A stretch of DNA of 64,000 nt from Sphingobium sp. (GTDB lineage: Bacteria > Pseudomonadota > Alphaproteobacteria > Sphingomonadales > Sphingomonadaceae), in assembly GCA_035654015.1 (NCBI GenBank), contig DASRXX010000001.1, positions 3,355 through 67,354 of the forward strand, written 5' to 3'. A model generated the notes under the pieces. It was not told the origin of the DNA. It did no database searches and saw nothing but the letters and a program-made list of their open reading frames with translations. The translations under genes and the position numbers were made by a program. Of the stretch, positions 59,818-64,000 are shown piece after piece (positions within the stretch are counted from its first letter, which is position 1; each line of letters opens with the position of its first letter).

Positions 59818-60642
59818 ATGACGGCGCTGGCGGCGTGGCTGCGCGAGGCGGCCGGGCGGCTCGCGGCGGTGAGCGATACGCCGCGCCTCGACGCGGAGCT
59901 GCTCGCCGCGCACGCCCTGGGCATCAGCCGTGAGGCGCTGATCCTCGACCTGCCGCGTCTGGCCGTGCCTGACACAGCCGAGGCGCTGCTGGCGCGTCGG
60001 CTTGCGCACGAGCCGGTGGCCTATATCACCGGCACGCGCGATTTCTGGACGTTGACCCTATGCGTGACGCCGGCGGTGCTGATCCCCCGTCCGGATAGCG
60101 AGACGCTGATCGAGGGCGCGATCGCGCATTTCGCCGGCGGGGCGCGGCCGCGCCGGATCCTCGACCTGGGCACCGGTTCGGGCGCGCTGCTGCTCGCGGC
60201 GCTCGACGAGTGGCGCGACGCGACCGGGCTGGGCATCGACCGCTCGGCCGAGGCCGTGGCGGTGGCGCGCGACAATGCGGTGCGTTGCGACATGGCGGCG
60301 CGCGCCGAGATTCGCCTTGGCGACTGGGGGACAGGGGTGGCCGAACGCTTCGACCTCGTCCTGTGCAACCCCCCCTATATAAGAAGTGATGCGATGCTGC
60401 CGCGCGACGTGCTGGCGCATGAGCCGGCGGGCGCGCTGTTCGGCGGCGAAGACGGGCTGGCGGCCTATCGCCTGCTGGCGGGTCAGCTCGGCGGGCTGCT
60501 GGAGCGGGACGGCGTGGCGTTGTTTGAGATCGGCTTCGACCAGGGAGAGACCGCCGGCGCGCTGTTCCGTGCGGCAGGGTTCCGCGTGACGCTGCGGCGC
60601 GACCTTGCCCGGCGCGACCGCGCGCTTGTCGTCACATGGTGA
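59818..60642 (+). CDS. prmC: Release factor glutamine methyltransferase
   Basis: VLIPRPDSETL, LDLGTGSG, NPPY. Confidence 0.96.
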   Translation: MTALAAWLREAAGRLAAVSDTPRLDAELLAAHALGISREALILDLPRLAVPDTAEALLARRLAHEPVAYITGTRDFWTLTLCVTPAVLIPRPDSETLIEGAIAHFAGGARPRRILDLGTGSGALLLAALDEWRDATGLGIDRSAEAVAVARDNAVRCDMAARAEIRLGDWGTGVAERFDLVLCNPPYIRSDAMLPRDVLAHEPAGALFGGEDGLAAYRLLAGQLGGLLERDGVALFEIGFDQGETAGALFRAAGFRVTLRRDLARRDRALVVTW

Positions 60643-60998
60643 TGGGGTGCCGCCTCGCCTCGTCGGTGCATCGTGCCGGCTCTGCCCGGCCGTGCAAAGC
60701 GATGGCTTGGGGGCGGCCAACGCCATGTTCGTGTTTTTTTCACAGTAAAATGCGATTTCCTCTTGGTTTGAGGGCCGGGAGCGATTATCTGGCGGACATA
60801 GGACTGTGTTAGCCCACGCGCGTGGCGCAAGGCTGGCGGTCTGCTCCCACAGTTTTGGCGGCGTCCTCGAGTAGGAGCCGTTTGCCGAAGCGCGGGGCGC
60901 GAGTGGCGTGTGGCCGCTCCGCCAGCGGCAGATTGCACAGCGTTCCGGGCGTTGTTCGGGAATGCCGGAATTTTTAGCGAGAGCATAGGGACGAACCG

Positions 60999-61655
60999 TT
61001 GATCAACAATCGTCAAGCCGGCCGCCGTCGCGGTCGGAATAATCCGCGCCAGAATGGCGGCAACGGCAATCGCGGCAATGGTGATTCCGGCAACCGCATC
61101 GATAGCCGCGCGCGCGGCAATGCGGCGCAACTGCTCGAAAAATACCGCAACCTTGCGCGCGATGCGCAGCTGGCAGGCGACCGGGTAAACGTGGAATATT
61201 ATCTGCAGTTCGCGGATCACTATTTCCGCGTGCTGGCGGATAATCGCGCTCGCCAGGAGGAGCAGCAGAACCGCTTCCGCCGCCCCGATGAGCGCGGCGA
61301 TGATTTCGAGCAGGATGGCGAAGAGGGCGAGGACACGCTGGACCAGTCCGGCGACGATGGCTTCGGCGACCCCCGCCAGGAGCGCCCGCAGGACAGCCGC
61401 CGGCAGGAGCCGCGCCCGCGTCGCGAACGCCCCGCCCGCGCCGAGCGGCAGGAGCCGCTGCAGCGCATCGCCAATGACGATGGCGACAATGAACAGGATG
61501 GCGACATCGGCCTGCCCGGCCTGCCGCCGTCGATCGTCCGCAGCGATGACGTGGATGCGCCAGAGGCTGAGGCCGCCGCACCTGTCGTTGAGGAGGAAGC
61601 TCCCGCCAAACCGCGCCGCGGTCGACGCCCGCGTCAGCCGGAAGCCGCCGAATAG
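60999..61655 (+). CDS. DUF4167 domain protein
   Basis: TTG start; RGNAAQLLEKYRNLARDAQLAGDRVNVEYYLQFADHYFR; low-complexity flanks. Confidence 0.9.
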   Translation: MINNRQAGRRRGRNNPRQNGGNGNRGNGDSGNRIDSRARGNAAQLLEKYRNLARDAQLAGDRVNVEYYLQFADHYFRVLADNRARQEEQQNRFRRPDERGDDFEQDGEEGEDTLDQSGDDGFGDPRQERPQDSRRQEPRPRRERPARAERQEPLQRIANDDGDNEQDGDIGLPGLPPSIVRSDDVDAPEAEAAAPVVEEEAPAKPRRGRRPRQPEAAE

Positions 61656-61877
61656 AGAAGCAGGTCGCATGTGCCCTGTCGAGGGACCGTGCGGGGCCAT
61701 GGATAGCGCGCCGTCGATGCTCGCGATCCGATCAAGGCGCTGGGGGTGGCGGCCCACGCGCGCCTTGCGGTCTGATTGACGTGATATGCCTTTGCGGCGG
61801 CAGCGGTGCCGCCTTGATCGAATGCCGAAAGGCTGCCGGCCCCTCGCGCTCGTGATGAGGCGATGTTTTTTACCCGC

Positions 61878-61906
61878 CCGGAGCTGTGGCATGGCTCCGG
61901 TTTTTT
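61878..61906 (+). terminator. Intrinsic terminator
   Basis: CCGGAGC(tgt)ggc(atg)GCTCCGG followed by TTTTTT. Confidence 0.75.
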
Positions 61907-62111
61907 GGGGTCGGCGCGGCGGCTCATGCGGGGCATGCCCCGGCTCCATGCTCGCGCCGATCCCGTGCTGTTTTCTTCAGCCTTCCGGATAGTGAACGCG
62001 GGACGCCTCCCGCTTAAATCGGATGGCCCTTGGGGCCGTCAATTGGTCATGGCTGTGCGCGGAAGCGGGTGGCGACGGGGACCAACAGGCTGCCGGTGGC
62101 ACCGCCGCCGA

Positions 62112-62414
62112 TCAGTCGTCCTCGCCGAGCACGTCCTTGCTGACCCTGTCCTCGACCTGCTCGTCGTGACCAGTGCCGCTGGACAGGAACATCAGGCCCA
62201 TCAGCAGCGCGGCCATCATGATCGTCGCCCATACGCCCACCACCGTCATGATGACGAAGACGATCGGCAGGGGACCGCTGAGCCACCATACGAGCGCGGC
62301 CATTGCGAAGGAAAAGGCGAGTGATGCCGCAGCCATAGCACGCAACATCTTGCGGAAGCGCGACCAGGCGAAGGCCGCATTGCGGCGATCGTCAAGTCCT
62401 GGTTGGATAGTCAT
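62112..62414 (-). CDS. Small hypothetical membrane protein
   Basis: MTIQPGLDD...; two TM segments; LMGLMFLSSGTGHDEQV tail. Confidence 0.78.
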   Translation of the reverse strand: MTIQPGLDDRRNAAFAWSRFRKMLRAMAAASLAFSFAMAALVWWLSGPLPIVFVIMTVVGVWATIMMAALLMGLMFLSSGTGHDEQVEDRVSKDVLGEDD

Positions 62415-62553
62415 GGCCCCGCCATATGCCTCTCGCACAGCGCGATCAAGGCTTTGACGGGCGCTTGTTCCGGGCGCATAGTCGCCTGCTAGCGGCCGCT
62501 TGTCGGTTTCGCAGACCGATGGCCGGCCCGGTTCGAAACGCGGGAGGATGGCG

Positions 62554-62982
62554 ATGTCGGTCAGCAAATTTATCGGCGACCAGCGCGGCGAGATTATCAC
62601 GGCCGGGAAGGGTGACAAGGTCGCGGCGGTCGTGGCGCTGCTGGCTGGCCGACGAATTGGTTGCGTGCCCATCGTCGAGGATGGCCGGGTCCTCGGACTC
62701 TTCTCTGAGCGCGACGTGATCTATGGCCTCCAGCGCGACGGCGCTGCGTTGCTCGACAAGACCGTGGGCGAGGTCATGACGGCCCCCGCCGTCACGATCG
62801 AGCCCGAAACGCCCATTCTCTCTGCCCTGTCCCTGATGACGCAACGGCGCGTGCGCCATCTGCCGATCGTCGAAGATGGCAAGCTGATCGGATTTGTCAG
62901 CATCGGCGATCTCGTCAAATCGCGCATGGATCGCATAGAAACCGAGGCTGCAGCAATGCGGAGCTATATACAGAGTGCGTGA
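62554..62982 (+). CDS. CBS domain pair protein
   Basis: GGGAGG SD; GLFSERDVI, VGEVMT, RRVRHLPIVEDGKLIGFVSIGDLVK. Confidence 0.92.
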   Translation: MSVSKFIGDQRGEIITAGKGDKVAAVVALLAGRRIGCVPIVEDGRVLGLFSERDVIYGLQRDGAALLDKTVGEVMTAPAVTIEPETPILSALSLMTQRRVRHLPIVEDGKLIGFVSIGDLVKSRMDRIETEAAAMRSYIQSA

Positions 62983-63499
62983 GGCGTCTTTGTATCGCCG
63001 TTCGTGACCGCGTTTCGAGGCTGCCCTCCCTTTCGCTATGGCTGGGGCGCTGTGGCGACGCCGCAATGCCGGTGAGCTGTCCGGCCGGGAAGGATCCTCC
63101 CGGCTGCTGCCGCGGCGCGCGGCGCAGCTCGCCAGATGGGCCTGCCGCTTGTCCGCACGGGCACGCCCCGCCGCACTCTCTTATGTATGGCCTCTCTTGT
63201 AGAGCGTTTCCTCACCCGGTTCCCCGCCGCCCGACCCTCGGCCTCCCTGGGCGAGCGGCGTGCTCTCTCCCCTATAGAGACGTCGGCATGATGTACGCCT
63301 GCCTCATCGCCGGGATTCGCGCTCGGATGGTCCCAGAATCGGGAATCATGGTGTGATTCCCGATCCAGAACCGGCCTCTCGGGGTCGCCGCCGCGAATCT
63401 TATGCCCGCTAAATCCGACGCTTGCGTCTCACCCATTGGCCGTTTTCGACGGAAAACCGCGCCTTTCGACAAATTCTGAAACAAAATTGCAAAAAGTGT

Positions 63500-63527
63500 T
63501 TGACGGGTCGGAACACCCCCCATATAT
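63500..63527 (+). promoter_or_regulatory. Probable rrn sigma70 promoter
   Basis: A-rich UP-like tract, then TTGACG-N16-TATATG and a GC-rich discriminator, about 330 nt upstream of 16S. Confidence 0.7.
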
Positions 63528-63651
63528 GCCCCTTCACCGACGCGGCGCTGACCCACTGGTTATCGCCTCACTCGGTCGCCAACATAATCGGACACCAGTC
63601 CCCCGGTAGAGAAAATCGGGGAACCATCGGCGTCCGCTTCTAATGTTGGAT

Positions 63652-63663
63652 GGCTCTTTGACA
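63652..63663 (+). promoter_or_regulatory. rrn antitermination boxA
   Basis: GGCTCTTTGACA in the rrn leader. Confidence 0.75.
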
Positions 63664-63855
63664 TTGTCGGTTTTGATGAAGGGACATGTGGGCGGCGGCC
63701 CCGGGTTCGACAGCTTCAAGGTGTCGAGTGCTCGGTTAAAGCTAAGTCGTTACTCACAATGTCCTACACACCATGTAAGATTTGTGCAGGAACGGCTCCT
63801 TGAAATGAGCGGTTCATAGGTGGGATTATTCCTCCTGCTTATGGATCGGACATCA

Positions 63856-64000
63856 AACTTGAGAGTTTGATCCTGGCTCAGAACGAACGCTGGCGGCATG
63901 CCTAATACATGCAAGTCGAACGAGATCTTCGGATCTAGTGGCGCACGGGTGCGTAACGCGTGGGAATCTACCCTTGGGTTCGGAATAACAGTTAGAAATG
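63856..64000 (+). rRNA. rrs: 16S rRNA, 5' end (truncated by the window)
   Basis: AGAGTTTGATCCTGGCTCAGAACGAACGCTGGCGGCATGCCTAATACATGCAAGTCGAACGAGATCTTCGGATCTAGTGGCGCACGG; sphingomonad-like V1. Exact 5' end is approximate. Confidence 0.99.

Noticed and set aside
63695-63735. GGTTCGA motif suggesting a tRNA T-loop
   Set aside because: No cloverleaf can be built; it lies in the rrn leader.

Overview
GC-rich alphaproteobacterial chromosome segment; the 16S 5' end and gene order point to Sphingomonadaceae, Sphingobium-like. It is mostly core genome: F1 ATP synthase atpHAGDC, cpaF, tldD, rplM-rpsI, maeB, mutS-glnD, rpmI-rplT, pheST, prfC, a complete cbb3 oxidase cluster ccoNOQPGHIS, gyrB, ppa, hisS-prfA-prmC and the start of an rrn operon. 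No transposase, integrase, tRNA, CRISPR array or defence system is recognisable. Points worth a second look are small and embedded in core loci: (i) a LysE/RhtB exporter gene wedged between atpA and atpG and a second, divergent one between rplT and pheS; (ii) a low-GC two-gene cassette (extended SDR epimerase + GT-C-like membrane protein) divergent from an orphan cpaF whose upstream region has a CtrA-like box; (iii) a degenerate pyridoxamine-oxidase-like domain fused to DUF924; (iv) a long-linker ABC-F with an SD-led uORF overlapping its start; (v) three FNR/FixK boxes (ccoN, a hemerythrin-like gene with eroded iron ligands, a usp gene). Family assignments come from motif recognition only, with no database searches. 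Start codons trimmed from the supplied ORF track are my best estimates. GC values are hand spot counts of 60-nt lines.
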